Assembly (NCBI RefSeq): GCF_037042905.1
Contig: NC_087255.1
Span: 14,074,001-14,138,000 of the forward strand
Origin: Lytechinus pictus
Lineage: Eukaryota
Reading direction: 5' to 3'
DNA length: 64,000 nt
How positions within the stretch are numbered: the first letter of the stretch is position 1; each line of letters begins with the position of its first letter. The position numbers were made by a program, and so were the translations under genes. Of this stretch, positions 39,722 to 54,104 are shown piece by piece. Under the pieces are notes generated by a model, which saw only the letters and a program-made list of their open reading frames with translations, was not told the DNA's origin and made no database searches.

Positions 39722-39927
39722 GTAAGTATTTCTGTTTTATGTTTATTTATATTTGCCATTAAAATATGTATGAAAATTATGATATGATCAGGTGGTTTGG
39801 GTAATTCAGTGAAATCTTATTCTAAAACTATCCGGAAAAAAAAATTGTCCGAAATGAACACAGTGAACTTAATCCTGTTAATTCCAGGTTTAAGTTTTCG
39901 TTAACCATCGAAGACCATGATTGTCAT

Positions 39928-40309
39928 ATACCCCTTTCATAAACCTATCCTCCAATTAGCCGCCTAATAGTAATGCGGATAATTCAATAAAAATTGCGTT
40001 CACAAACTCCGAAAATTATCCGCATTATTTTTACGAGCGCCCGTCCTGAAAAAGGCGGATAATGGTCATGACAACTGGACACGCCCCCTCCGATGCGGTT
40101 GTGTTGGAAAAGGGTGACCTTGTGACCGCACCATGGCAATTATCCGCATTATTTGGAAATGCGTTCATAAACTCAAAATCTTGTCCCGATGCTGCTATTA
40201 TGCGGATAATTGCAGCATCAAAATAATGCGGATAACTCTGGTCCTCCTCCGATTTTACGACCAAATTATGCTGCTATTAGCCGCATAATTGGGTTTATGA
40301 AAGGGGTAT
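39928..40309. mobile_element. MITE with TIR ATACCCCTTTCATAAACC
   Basis: 18-bp perfect inverted termini; internal GCGGATAAT repeats. Confidence 0.75.
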
Positions 40310-40589
40310 TAGATGATATTCCAATCACATCCATTAAGTTCTTATTTCAATAATAAAAGGACAAATGGGTACTGGCAGGAAGTAATTCCTCAAATAAGCT
40401 GTGAGCGCCGGAATGGGTTGACCTTCTTGGACGGGGTAATATAGGAACGCCTTGAGCACTTAACAATTTGGATACGTGCGCTATACAAATCTTATATTAG
40501 TATTATATATATAATACAGAAAAATATATGTATTCGTAGGTAATCCTAGATGTGATTTCAATTTTTTTTTGTATTTACATTCACAATAG

Positions 40590-40688
40590 ATCTACAGGAA
40601 TGCGGAATGACTGGCCTGTCTTTCTCAAATAATGACCGATGTGATGAAGTATTTACGTGTCCAGACTTTGCCGATGAAGAAGAGTGCA
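40590..40688 (+). CDS. Exon B9: LDLa module (LQECGMTGLSFSNNDRCDEVFTCPDFADEEEC)
   Basis: TAG/GTGAGA; 99 nt. Confidence 0.86.
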
Positions 40689-41066
40689 GTGAGATTTTCT
40701 TTCTTTTTTTCATTTTGAAGATGTAGGGACTACTTTACTGTCCACAAATAATTGATAATTGATAATGCGGGTGAATTTTTGGGCCCTTCTATATGCGACC
40801 ATTCTAACTGTTCGCTCGGTCATATCAGAATGAAATAAAATACCTGCCAAAATGTATTAAGTTGAAAACGTCAGAGATAAAATGTTCGAAGTAAAATCTT
40901 AAAGAGGTAAAATTGAACTGGCAGAAATGTCTGAAGAAAGGTGTCCGGAAAGACCGAATGAATACTTGATATAAATGTGTAAGGGATATAACGTCAGATT
41001 TTGAAAATGACAGACCGAGGGGGAAAAAGGGTTCCCCCCCCCCCGCTCTGACCACGTTTACCTATA

Positions 41067-41258
41067 CACTATTAAAAATGTTGGGCAACATACTGTCCAC
41101 ACAACAGTTGGTTAAAACTTTATGTAATTCTGGGTAGTTTTAAACCAATAATGTGTGCTTTGGGTGAAAACTACACATTCGTTGAAAACTACCCAGAGTT
41201 GGATAATTTTTTAACCAATTGTTGTGTGGACAGTATGTTGCCCAACATTTTAAGAGTG
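41067..41258. mobile_element. CACT...AGTG hairpin MITE
   Basis: Arms AAAATGTTGGGCAACATACTGTCCACACAAC and its reverse complement; TA flanks. Confidence 0.8.
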
Positions 41259-42196
41259 TAACAATCTCACACCTAACTTAACCGTCTACTTCTGACAGGT
41301 TTACAACTGCATTTTTACCTCTTTACAACTTAACCTCTAAACAATCTACATGTATTTACCCCTTCCTCCACAATCTTAGCCCTGACCAAGTTTACTTGTG
41401 ATATTGTATTATTTTGATATTTAGACCTTTATTCATTTTTACCACTTATCAATAATTGTTTTTGTTGAACTGGTACAGCTTATGATTAAACAAATATCCT
41501 ATCTGACAGGCCAATCGTTCTATCTGGAAATATTAAGGTAGACTTATATTTGCTCTGGATTTCCCATATATTTATTTCAATAGATATGGTATAAGAATGA
41601 TAAATTCATTAATTTCACCGATATTCCATCCACAAATTTCATTAGCTATATGAATTATTCCCGATACTGATTTGATACTATAAGGATAATAGTCCTGTGT
41701 AATGTCTCCAACGAATTATTCTATGCACTCTTGATAACGTAAAATGTTTTTATTAGCTACGTTTCCCTTTTCCTTCGAAGATCTTTTAATATCAGCTATC
41801 ATCACTTCAATACTTTCAGCTGTCTTATGTAATTTTATTTGTTTGATTTAGAACAAATGGTAAATACGTAATGCAACAAGATGTAAAAATAATATTCATT
41901 TCTTTCTACAGAGGGAGTATACTCCATTAATATATCATTATTGTTATAAATATTTTTACTTTTATAAGTATTATTAAAATCTCCATGCTGATGTTTATTA
42001 TTATATTACGATAACTATCATTACCAATGGTAGTAGTATAGCTATTATTATCGCTATCATTGCCATTATCAGTACTAATTATCAGCAATAGTATTCTTAT
42101 AATTATTGTGATAATTATTATTGTTATTGTTTTAATATTAGGGCATATTATTATCATTATTGATATTATTATGTTTATTCTTCTCATATTCAACAG

Positions 42197-42583
42197 GTCA
42201 TCCATCCATTTTTCTCCTTGAAAACGAAAATTACACAATTGCCTTTTCCGATATCAAAGCAGAGACCTACAATGAAACACTTTTTAAGACCAGCGCTTCA
42301 AATGGATTTCGAATAAGGTTTTTGGATATCTACCTTGCTTGCTATGATTATTATAGTTATGGACAATGCGACGATGCTGTCATTCAGATAGGCACCGGAT
42401 ATGGTAGTGCTAACAGCCGATCGATCGTGAAAACACTTCGTGCTTTTACTTATTTCGAGGACGATGTTCATGTGGATTCCAGTGAGATGTGGATATCAAT
42501 CAGCGGTATATGGAGATATGACACGTATGGCTCAAACGCGTACGGCTATGGCGAGATGGAATTGAGCACTGCCAGGTTGAATA
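42197..42583 (+). CDS. Exon A10: CUB-like domain
   Basis: CAG/GTACGT; 387 nt. Confidence 0.84.
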
Positions 42584-42831
42584 GTACGTATCGCAGGTTT
42601 AATAAGAGCATTGACAACTGACATAGTTTACAAGATGAACTGAACAATGAAAGTCAATGAATATTTTCATATAATTATAATTCTTTTCACTATTTCAGGA
42701 TTATAATATATTACAAAAAAAGATTTTACATGATATAAGAATTGTAGAGGGGGAGGGGGGGGGGGCTACAAAAGCAAGGGCTATAATTAAACAGTTGTTC
42801 ACATATGACGACAATAGAAGAACCAGACCAG

Positions 42832-43002
42832 GGGGCCGTTTCATAAAGCTGATCGTAAGTTAAGAGCGACTTTAAGAAAGACTGGTGATCCTTTCTTATG
42901 GCGAATGGTATATTCATTAGCGATGGTTTTGCGCGTAAGAAAGTATCACCAGTCGTTCTTAAAGTCGCCCTTAACTTACGAACAGCCTTATGAAACGGCC
43001 CC
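42832..43002. mobile_element. Harbinger-like hairpin MITE
   Basis: GGGGCCGTTTCATAAAGCTG...TTATGAAACGGCCCC; second copy ~56378-56536. Confidence 0.75.
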
Positions 43003-43599
43003 CGGCTTTTACGGGGGGGGGGTTTGATCACCTTACGATGTCGGCCTTAGGTTGTGCATTTGCAGCGAAAACATGCAAGTTCGTACAGCCGGATATAGAA
43101 TTTAAGACTGTATAGTTAAATTTTTAAACGATTATTTTTTGGTTACATTTTTGAATAAATATTTAAATATTTTCATAAACGTGTTTTAGTGTATGTTTGT
43201 GCATTGAACTCACTTTGAATAGTCAGTGGAATGCGAATTTTGTTCGAAATTTGAAAACTTGCGCTTACAAAATATTGCGTAACTTCGATCCGCGTACCCA
43301 GGCGTCGCACAGTTGTTCAAGACTTGAAAGTAAAAATACATTGAGCGGTGCGGTCAAAAGATACGGCGCAGTGGCATAGTAACAATAGTAAACGATGGGG
43401 TTCAGATTGACCCCCACCCCCTAGTTTATAAGGCTTGAAGACAATGAAGGGAATCGATATGAAAAAAGGAAAACATACCTAGGAATTCAGAAAAGGTGAA
43501 AATGTCCAATTTCTTATCTATATTATTCTAGTAATTATTGCCGCTAGCAATTGTGTTTACGGACATGTGTGTAATTGACCTATATCAATTTTTACAAAG

Positions 43600-43698
43600 G
43601 TCTGAGACCCTGTGCCAACTCGAATCGGGTGATTTCTCAAGACAATATCTGTGACGGATTTTATCAATGCGATGATTATTCGGATGAAATATCTTGCG
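43600..43698 (+). CDS. Exon B10: LDLa module (LRPCANSNRVISQDNICDGFYQCDDYSDEISC)
   Basis: AAG/GTAAGT; 99 nt. Confidence 0.87.
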
Positions 43699-44349
43699 GT
43701 AAGTATTCAAGAGCTACTGACTGCTTTAAGAAAACAAATTTATAATCATTATAGTAATTCTTATGCATATTATTGAAACCAACATCGTTATTGTTTTTAG
43801 TATATTTATCATTATCATTATTATTAGCATTAGCGTTGTCATTCCTTTCCCCGTTCTCCTTCTGCTTCTTCTGTTTCTTGTTCTTCTAGCTCTTCTCCTT
43901 CCTGCAATTCTTCCTCTGCCCATCCTTCTTTGTATTTTTTATTTAATTTATCCTCATCCTTCACATTCTTCTTTTTTTTTATTTATTATTATTTGCCTTG
44001 TTTCTACATTTACTGTCATATTTTCTTTTCGTATTTTAGATTTCTACTGCTTCTTATTGATCTCTGCCATTACAAGACGCATCTGGTTCATTGAGGTCTG
44101 CTTTTTGTCGATACAAAAAATACCTGAAGCTCTTCACTGTTTGCCTACCCTCATACATTGTATTCCAGGGGGGGTACTCAAATTATTTTTTTTAAGGGGG
44201 GTGTGCCTCATAAAACCCTGAAATGGGGGTCTAAGGAACCCCCGGGATTGTATTCCCCATAATGTTAATGTTATATACATAATCTAATAATGTTATATAG
44301 TTATTTTCCCCAAGTAGTAACTGATGTTGTTTTGGTTTGTATTTCAAAG

Positions 44350-44697
44350 ATAACGCAGAGGTAGTTTTGCATGAAGGAGAATCGTTTGGCATAAAGGTTG
44401 TAAATGCTGCACGTAGATCATATAATACTACGATACTTCAAACGAATGTAACATTGGGATTCCGAGTGCATGTCGGCTCCTCCGACTACGGGGATTGGTA
44501 CGGAGCTCGTATTGCAATTGGTACACGTAACAACTCAAGTCCAATCTATGAATGGTCCTCGACCAGTAACTACAATTATTTCTCCAATGACTATGATGTG
44601 TATGTGACGACGAATGAAATATGGACTGCCATCATTGGTGGTGTTTACCATGCGTATGGGTCTATGGAATTCAATGTCACTTCGGTTGATATACCAG
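44350..44697 (+). CDS. Exon A11: CUB-like domain
   Basis: AAG/GTAAGC; 348 nt. Confidence 0.84.
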
Positions 44698-45751
44698 GTA
44701 AGCAGTGTATCATTCTAGAATTCTTGCAATAATGATGATTATTATAAGGTATTTTAGTTTTGCATATATCCAACGTGTTGAGTGCTCAAGGTGCTCATAT
44801 ACATCACCCCGGCCGAGCTAATAAGTTATCGATTCCGATGTTCACGGTGTTTTAAGATATTGCTCGCTCGTACCCCTTCACCTCACCTGGGTTGAGTGAA
44901 GGATTAACTTCTTGCAGCAATGAAATTGTAAGCTAAAAGTTTCAAACTCTTTTCATAAAGATGTTCTTACTTGTGGTCCTTCACGTCCTTTTCGAGGAAA
45001 GACATTATTCGCATTAACTTTTACCTCGAGGGAATGATAATTATGTTTTGATTACTCTCAATGCGAAAAATGTATTTGGGCTCATTAGTCATTTACTTTT
45101 AAAGTTTAGTGAAAAAAAAAAGAAAAAGACGATTTGCACTCTGAACATGGCACGCACACCCCTGCTTTCCAGGAAGCAAAATATATCTAACACGATAGTA
45201 TTCAAAGTTATTTCAAAGATGCAATGATAGCAATAATAATTGTGATCATCACGGTATTTCGTTAAGCAGTGATTAGAGCACAATTAAACAATTTATTTAA
45301 TTTTGAATCCTCCACAATTGATTACAACTAATCCAGTTCAAGTTCGTACTTTTGGCATCAACATGAATTAACAAGTCGTATAATGTGTTAAATGGTTTAC
45401 AATTTTAATGACCAATTTGGGTGTACAGTGATAATAACAATAATTATGATAATAATAATAATAATGATAATCATAATAATAGTAATAAAGATATATAATA
45501 ATAACAATTATTGCATTAATATAGCGCTTCAAACTTTGTTTTCCTACATCACTACATTGAACTGCAAATGTTTGTAAGGGTGGGTATGTGGTTGGGAGTG
45601 TGTGTGAGAGAGAGAGTTCATACACATTGGTGTTTGTATGTTCATTAATAGCCTACCTGGCGGATCTATTAGAAAAAAATATCAAGGCCTGTAGAAAACA
45701 ATGACGTTTAGTGATTTTAATGTCTCAATTAATTTTTGTCTCTCAAATCAG

Positions 45752-45853
45752 ACTTGTATACCTGCCCGGGAAACTCCCATATCGGAATTCCTCAGAGTAG
45801 ACTGTGTGATGGAAGGTATGACTGCAGCAATTATGAAGATGAATCGTCATGCA
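45752..45853 (+). CDS. Exon B11: LDLa module (LYTCPGNSHIGIPQSRLCDGRYDCSNYEDESSC)
   Basis: CAG/GTAAGT; 102 nt. Confidence 0.9.
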
Positions 45854-47498
45854 GTAAGTTCATACTTTTTTGTGGGATTTCGTTAGTGTAATATCTCTAT
45901 ATTGGTGTTCAAAATTTACTGCACCCCACCAGGAAATGAACATATTTGAAAATGTATATTGTTCTGCCATTTTTTTTAAATTTAATTGTTAATTCGGGTG
46001 TTTAAATATAACAATCAATCTAGGTTCTTTAAACATTGTATTGTTGTCTACGTTCAACACCCAGCATGAAAGTGTGCATTTTGTGGTGGGGTTCACTAAT
46101 TTTTGAGCACAAATGTATACATATCTCTAAGCAGATCGTTAACGTCATATGTAGTGCGTATCAATAGCACGTTTACCCTTTCAAAAAAGCTTCCCAAATT
46201 GAATAAAATACATCAAATTAGATAACTATATTATCACAGAATTTCATGCTTGAGTGAGAGCTGTCCATTTTTGAAAAAATTACAGAAATCGGTTTGGGCA
46301 AGTGACATTTTACACAAAAGTTCCACTTCTTTAGGAAAATTACTTAAAAATTGTATATTGCACACTAGTTTTTAGTATTTATTTCAAAGTATTGATGATA
46401 CACATTGTCAAACAAAAAATTGAATTTAATGCCGTTTTTTTGTAGGACTTATTTCAGTTTGGTTATTGTAACTCGCGTGACGCGACACTAGTAAAGATTC
46501 CTGACCTAAACTGTATTAGTCTGTAATTTCCTCAGAAGATACTAACCAGATTTTGATAAAATTTTGGAGAGAATTTTAAAACATCGGAACTATTATGTTA
46601 AATATTCATTAACGTATGACTCTTAGTTTTGGGACGATTGCCATTTGAAATTGAGACTCACGTCACACAGGAGTGTGACTCTCGCGACAAGTATCATTTG
46701 GGACCACTGACGGATCCAGGGGAGGGGAGGGGAACCAGTGCCCCCACCTTTTGAAAAGCAAAAACATATTTGTTAATGTCAATGTAATGTTATTTTCTTC
46801 AGGGACGCAATGTCGTAAATTTTTATTTAAAACCCTTTTTTTTTCTGCTGGTGAAATTTTTTTCGGGGACGAAATATCCTTAATTTTGGGTTAAAAATCG
46901 TTTTTTTTTTGCTTATCAAATTTTCCCTCGGAAAATGTGCACCCCTTTTGAAAAATCCTGAATCCGCACCTGTTTGGGACTATAAATTGAACAAATCATG
47001 ATTTTATACAGTACCAAATTTCATTCAAACAGAATTATGGTAATTTGCATCCCATTTCTCTTTTAAACAAAGGAATTTTGAAATGAAGCTCTGATACATA
47101 AGACTTAAATGAAATTTTACCTACATGATAAGCCTTCATGTAAAGCAGCTATCCAGTAATGGTCTTGGTGTGCGGGGGAGGTGGGCAGTGGCACTCGTGG
47201 GAGGGTTTTGGCAAAGGAAACTAGGTAGAAAGGAAAAATATCTTCAATTCAATCTTCTTAGCTAAAATCCATGCATGTGCTATTCATGATTAATCCTTCC
47301 GGTGCGAATATTCAAGAAACTTTCGACACAAACCTCACGTATTCGTCAGGATACAAAGTTCTGTATCCTTGACGAAGACATAAGGTTTGTGTCGAAAATT
47401 TGGAGAATACTTGGAAATAAGCTTTGTTGTAACTGCAATGCATTACTTCTTTGTCTCTTTTGTCTCATCTGCGTCCAACAAACGGGATGTAATATCGT

Positions 47499-49661
47499 TA
47501 TTAGGTGGTCTGTCATGAAAATGACAGATCACCTATTATATTCGTCAGAATTTGCTTTATTTTTATTGCCAAATCTTTGTCCCACTTTATCTCAAAATCG
47601 GGCATGTCAATTTCCTTGATTTTCATGTCATGTATGGCCATCATTATGGACATGGGAAACGAAACTTTTCAAGGTTATCAAATCATGATGACGTCATCTA
47701 GGCGCCATTTGGTAAAATTAAATGATTGATCATATCATCGCAACTAATCATAAAAAATCATCCATATTTGCATCATATCAAGTTCAGGTGACAGGTCATC
47801 AGGACATATCATCAGAGGTCATGCAAAGGTCACGACGCGCACGTACGCGCGCGTCAAAATTTTAAATTTCCCCAAATCGACCGTGGTCAAGTTTGGCTAC
47901 GTGTCTGGTCATTTTGAGCATGTCAAGAATTTGCGCGCGCACAGGTATGCGTGCGCGTTCTTGCACCTACCATCGGTATGCATCTTCGAGTCATCATTTG
48001 TTTCATGTCTTTCCATTGTCCATTATCTTCTAATTAATTTGATACCTCATTCAGCCTCTTACGACCAATAATACGGGAATGCGCGTCCATTCAAATTTGC
48101 ATTACTCGCGCGTGCAAACTTGCAAAATAAGTCATAAATGGGCAAAAATATGCCTATATAAAATTCACTGTAGCTCTTCAGGGAGTCCGTTGACCCCAAA
48201 TTTTTTCTCACTCTTGGATATAGTCAATATCTCATTTGGAGATTTCGTAATTATGTCAAGATTAAGTTATTAGTGAGAATTACATATTTTCGCAACATAC
48301 ATCAACGTATTTGACCGTATCTTCGTTATTACTGGTCAGTTTTCTCCCAAATTTTGATATGATGTAGTTAAGATAATTCTCTGCAAATAACGTGTGCCTA
48401 ATTTTCATTTTTGACCACAGCATCAATGTGTTATGACTTGTTTAATTTTTTTCAATTTTTTTCTGGACCTAATTTTTTAGAAATTTTTAAAGGACATTTT
48501 TTACTAATCAATTGTACGGTCTTGCTGAAAATGTCAATCCCCCTTGCATTGCGGTTTTTTATGTAGGACATTTTTTTGTAATTTTGCCGGAACTTTATAA
48601 GGGGTAATTTTAACATTGTAAAACATCATTTACGCATTTTTTTAAGGAAACGCTGCAATATTGAGACGCTAATGGGTTGAAAAATTTCATTCTGGACTTT
48701 TTGCGGAAATTCATGGATTTTTTCTATTTGGTAATTTTTACTAAATAACGTATAACAAGTTTTCAGGTACCTTCTGTCAAATGAAAAATTGTGCAATTTA
48801 GTTAATTACAGATTTTCCCTAATTTTTGCAGGAATATTGCATGTATTTGAATATTTTACCTGACGTTTTTCAGCAAAAACCATCAAGAAAGAATTTTCAG
48901 GTAAATTTCGAAGTCTTACACAATTGATATATGGATATTGAAAATTCTTGACGGAAAATATTATGTGAAATGTCTAGAAATTTGCAGAGATTTTGCAAAT
49001 ATTTACCCCAAAAAAATATACTTAATTCTTTTATCAAATACATCACTGATGAGTATTAAAGTGAATGCTGTAAAATTGTTACATTGTGAAACTTCTCATA
49101 AAAATTATTAAAATTAGCAGAAATTTTGAATGAAAATATTAAAGATATTTTATTTTTCAGAAAGTATCACCTATGAATTTTCAAGTATTCTGTAAAATTC
49201 ATTCCCAATGATGTTGTAAAAATTCTTGCTTGAAATCATTAAAAAAAATGCTGACAGTACAAAGAATTAAAAAAAAAAGATTTTGCATAAAAACATTAAA
49301 GTACTGTCGATTAAAATTAGCTGCTGTGAAAATTAAGGCGCCTTTCAATACGTTATTTTGAAAAACTAATTTGGGTAAAATCGTCTGAAAATTTTGAGGA
49401 GTTTTTAAGGCGTTTTACGTGCTCCAAACTTCATTTCGTATTTACCGTTTTGCATTATCACCACCATCATTATAATCATCCGCGATTGGCATCACCACAT
49501 TAATAATCACATTTAGCAATGGTCAAAATTTATTCCTATGATGTCTATGATGAAGATTATCAATCATATCTAAATGATTCATTCCATACAACATTAGCCA
49601 ACACTGAATGAAAAATCATGACAGACCACCTAATTCGTCCACATGACGAATTAAAATCTAG
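47499..49661 (+). mobile_element. Non-autonomous Helentron/Helitron2 (HINE)
   Basis: 5' subTIR TTAGGTGGTCTGTCATGA forming a 5' hairpin; 3' subTIR TCATGACAGACCACCTAA followed by hairpin AATTCGTC-CACAT-GACGAATT and CTAG|T. Confidence 0.82.
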
Positions 49662-49903
49662 TATATATTTATATATGTATATGTATGCATATATATATAT
49701 ACGATAGACCAGGCAATATCTGTTCTATTATATAGTCTACAATGTATATGGATTAGCCATCGGAGATTGCATTCTTCATCATTCTCGCTCTCTGATTAAC
49801 CCCAAATTCTTTCTGCAGCTCTGATCCATCTACGTCATAATGTAAAAAATTCGGAAAATACCTCAAACGCGTTCTTCATGCAATCGACGCGATAACACTA
49901 GCG

Positions 49904-52900
49904 CATAGTCGGATCCAGGGGGGGGGGGCGAGGGGTGGAGCAAAAAAATTAAAAAGAAGGGGAAAGAAAGAAAAACAGAAAAAGAAGGGGAAAGAAAGGA
50001 GGAAAAAATAGGAGGGAGACAAGTGAATAAAATAAGGTCAGGAGAAGTCTTAAAAAATGATTTAAAAAATATTTCATGCCCACAATATTAAATTTTCGCT
50101 CGCTCGCGCTTCGCACTCGCATTGCCTTGTAGGCGATACACATATCTTGCTCAATAGGCTGATATGTAGCTTAAAATATCAAGTTTTCAAGTCAATATAC
50201 AAAGCATATTTCAGCTCAGACATCGAGTTTTCAATATTTTGTTTGATTTACAAATTGATTGCTATGTAAAATGTCCGTTTTATGTTGTGAATATCATTTG
50301 CAGCTTTTTGCGCTGGGCGCTCGCATTATTTGATTTGCCAAGTAGGCCTACATATTCTCTTTGTTTATTCCATAAGATTATTTATATATTTATTCTATAA
50401 CAAACTAGTTAAAATCCCCCTTTTATGACAGTTTATAAAAAATTTCGTCTCGCGATTTGCGCTCGCATTAATATTTACAAATATATCAACTCATAAATCC
50501 TAATCATGATTACAAAAGTGCTTAAAATATTTTGTTTTCAGGCCTCAATGTCAACAAATTTCACTCACTCATTAGGCTTATTACATTAATATGTAAATAT
50601 GATAATAAAATTTCATGAATTTCTAATAACTAAATTGTCCCTTTTTCAGAAAGGAATATCGAGAAGTTTCATATTACGGGTTCATATCGCATTCAGAAAG
50701 GAATAGGAAGATAGTCATTTTTATGTGATGACAAAATGTCCTAAAGCCTAGAATTTCCAAGTCCTAGTTCAAAATAATAATAAAAATATCAGCTCGCGCT
50801 TCGCACTCGCATCATTAAGTGCTATCAACATCCACTTCACAATTCCCCTACACAGTGCTTAAGATAGCGCATAAAATTATCATCCTTTTTATACCGGATC
50901 AAATAATTTCCACTCGCGCTTCGCGCTCGCATTATTGATGTTCATAATAAAACATAAGTATTCAGAATGCCCTGAATCTGTCTAACTCTAAAACACGCGC
51001 ACACATGTTTATTAAAATACGCAGCTTGATCTTTATTCAAAACGTGCTAAAATTATCCAGTTTCAGATCAGAACATCAAAAACTTTCTGCTCGCACTTTG
51101 CGCTCGCATTGTTAATGTAGGAAGATACCAAATTACCCATCATTTTTCATGATTTACAAAAAATGAATAGGGTGTTCCATTTTAACGTCTGAAATATCAT
51201 TTTATTTCCGCTCGCGATCTGCGCTCGCATGAATTGTTTGGTTATTTACCTATACCGTTAATGATTACAAAAAATGCTTAGAATGTCATTTTTTGTAGGT
51301 CTGAATATCAAAAATTTTCAGCTCGCGCTTCGCGCTCGCATTATTTAATAGTTGAAATATGCATCGTCTGAATGGCTAACTGCCAAACTTCCTTAACCGG
51401 TCCCTTTCCGATCAAGCCAAACAATATCTGCTCGCGCTTCGCGCTCACAGTAATTATATAGTTGCATACACATCTTGTTCAGGTCAGAAAATTGTTGATA
51501 TTCTGATCTGAAACTCCACACTGAATGTAAAATGGTTTGAACAAATAAAGAAAACTCAGACGAACATAAGAATAAAGATTTGATCAAAATCAGACAAGGA
51601 ATATCACAGTTATTGTATTTTAAAGATGAGCATTATTCCAGTGAAACATTTTAGGCATGTCTTCATTAATATTCAATGAGCAAACTGGTGATGTCATATC
51701 CCCACTTGTTCTTTTGTATTTTATTATATAAAATTAGGTTTGTTCAATTTTTTTCTTTCAAGAACCAAAACAGTTGAATTGACAACTGATTTAGTCCATT
51801 AGATGTTCTTTGCTGCAACTTATTTCATTATGAGGGAGACATATCATTCACTCTGGTATGAAAAAATGAAACTATTTTGATTCCACAAGAAACAGGATAG
51901 TGGGAATTTCACAGCATCAGCCAACCTATGAAATATTCATGACGACATGTATATCACCATTTTCATAAAATATTGCTAAACTTTAGAATTAAATAATTTA
52001 ACTAATGGTTATCAGATTTTGATAAAATGTATTCATTGTTCATAAAATGTATTTGATATAAATATTTTCAGCCCGGAGTACACCCCCCCCCCCCAATCAA
52101 GCTGCGTATCTGAATAAACATGCCTGCGCGTGTTTAGAGTTAGACCTAGAATATGGGCATTCTAAATACATTTTTTTATTATAAAAATCAATAATGCGAG
52201 CGCGAAGCGCGAGCAGAAAATATTTGATATTCCGATCTGAAAGAGGGTGATTTTAAACACTATTTCAAGTAATGTGTCGGAAAATTCTGAAGTGGGGGGG
52301 GGATTCTATAAAACGTCGTTCATTTTCATTACATTTCTGTTATTTATCATACCTACCACTAGATTTCCAGGAGGTGCGCTGCCTATGGAAAATAACACAC
52401 GCAGCACCCCCAAATTTTGGGGGTGCTTCACCCCCAGCACCCCCGCTTCCCAGCCCCCAGGGCCATGGGGCAGGGCGAAAAAGACTGAAATTTGATTTAT
52501 ATTATCTGACTTGTAATTTGTGTATACAATACACGGGCGGCCGGGCGCGCGCTCACTTAATTTGACATAAAACCTGGAAGTTTCAAGTCCAACCACCCCC
52601 ATGTCCCTCCCTGCTATCGAAGAGTGTGTATGGTTATCACGTATTGCGCGCGACCACGTCTGTATCGGAGTGCTGCCCCGCTGGAGCTTGATTGAGTCGC
52701 GTTATAGGAGGGATGTTATTGGAATGTGTGAAAGACTATGTAAATGATTTGCGATTGTCGGATGTGATAATTATGTACATTATAACATATTTAAAAAAAT
52801 ACAGGGGGACCCGATTTTGTGGGGGTGCTGCCTATGGAAAATAATACACGCAGCACCCCCAGGATAATTTCTGGGGGTGCTTCAGCACCCCCAGCACCCC

Positions 52901-53261
52901 TCTTCCCAGGTCCCTGCCCCCCCCCCCCCAATTTTTCACGACCAAGAAGAAAAAGAGAAAAGGAAAGGGATAAGGGTGAAATATAGGCCTATTTTTCCAA
53001 GTTTTATGTAAAAATCTATCACAAAGTTTGATTTTTGTATTTAAAATGTCAATTTTTTGCTCGCTGGCTTCGCTCGCTCGAAACTTATCAATTTTGCGCA
53101 ATATACCATATCGAGCCCCCTCAAAATTTTTGGCTCATTACGCCACAGGGACAACTTCAAAGAAACAAACAAAAACTTTAAGCGGCCGATCGGGGAAAAT
53201 ATGGGTGAATTTTTTTTTCGCCCCCCCCCCCCCCTATTGGCGAAAGCTGGATCCGCCCCTG
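49904..53261 (-). mobile_element. hAT-like element with many GCTCGCGCTTCGCGCTCGC modules and nested fragments
   Basis: Ends ...GGCGAAAGCTGGATCCGCCCCTG, the reverse complement of the 8038 terminus. Confidence 0.6.
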
Positions 53262-54104
53262 CCAGCGCGCACATGAAAAAAACTACTGCATATGTTGTGA
53301 AAGAAATGAATAAAGAGAACAAAAGGGAGAATAGCTCTGGGAAATTTGGGGACAGTCATTGAACTGTAATACTTCATCATTAAACGAGACCTAATTCCAC
53401 ATTGATTTTCCAGATATCGAGCGAGCGCTGCGGCATTTTTCGCGGATATACGGTCCGCATACAGGGAGCATGTGCAGTTCTCCCTTGAGATAACATATCG
53501 GGCGGAGCATGCGCAGTGTTCTCCATGCAAGTTTACTTACTTTACTTACTCCAACGATGTTGTAGGACTAATCCTGTTCATCGATCAAAATAGAGATGTC
53601 CATTGCTGCTCTCCTTCAGACAAAATTACACAGATGCACTGCTTGTGTTGGCAGGGAGGGGTGGCAGGGGTATCGAGGACAGCTACAAATTCAATGAAAA
53701 TATAGGGAGCTATATAAGAAAATTTTACGGAATTATTTTCAGCGATTTTTGTTTCCTAGTGAAATTCTACTTTGTCACATGATCTGATGACCACGAATTG
53801 ACCAATCGTTTATCTAGAATACTCATGAATATTCACGAGAGGGATATATATGATGTACGAAATTAATCTTAAATTGCTTACTATCTTAATAATCTTTATC
53901 AAATAATTCTAACTTCATAAACATATTGTTTTCTTCTTTCGTATTCACATGTTAAACGAAATTGGAAACGTTTATGAAACGCACAGAAGAAAGCACGAGC
54001 CATTATAATAAATTTAAGGTATATTATGTTCTTGTTCAATATGTCAAATAAACGTGATGAAATCGTTATATTTACAATTAAACCTATTATTCTATTACCA
54101 CTAG

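Noticed and set aside
43763-44221. Hydrophobic multi-TM-looking ORF
   Set aside because: Low-complexity (ATT/CTT)n intron sequence between B10 and A11.
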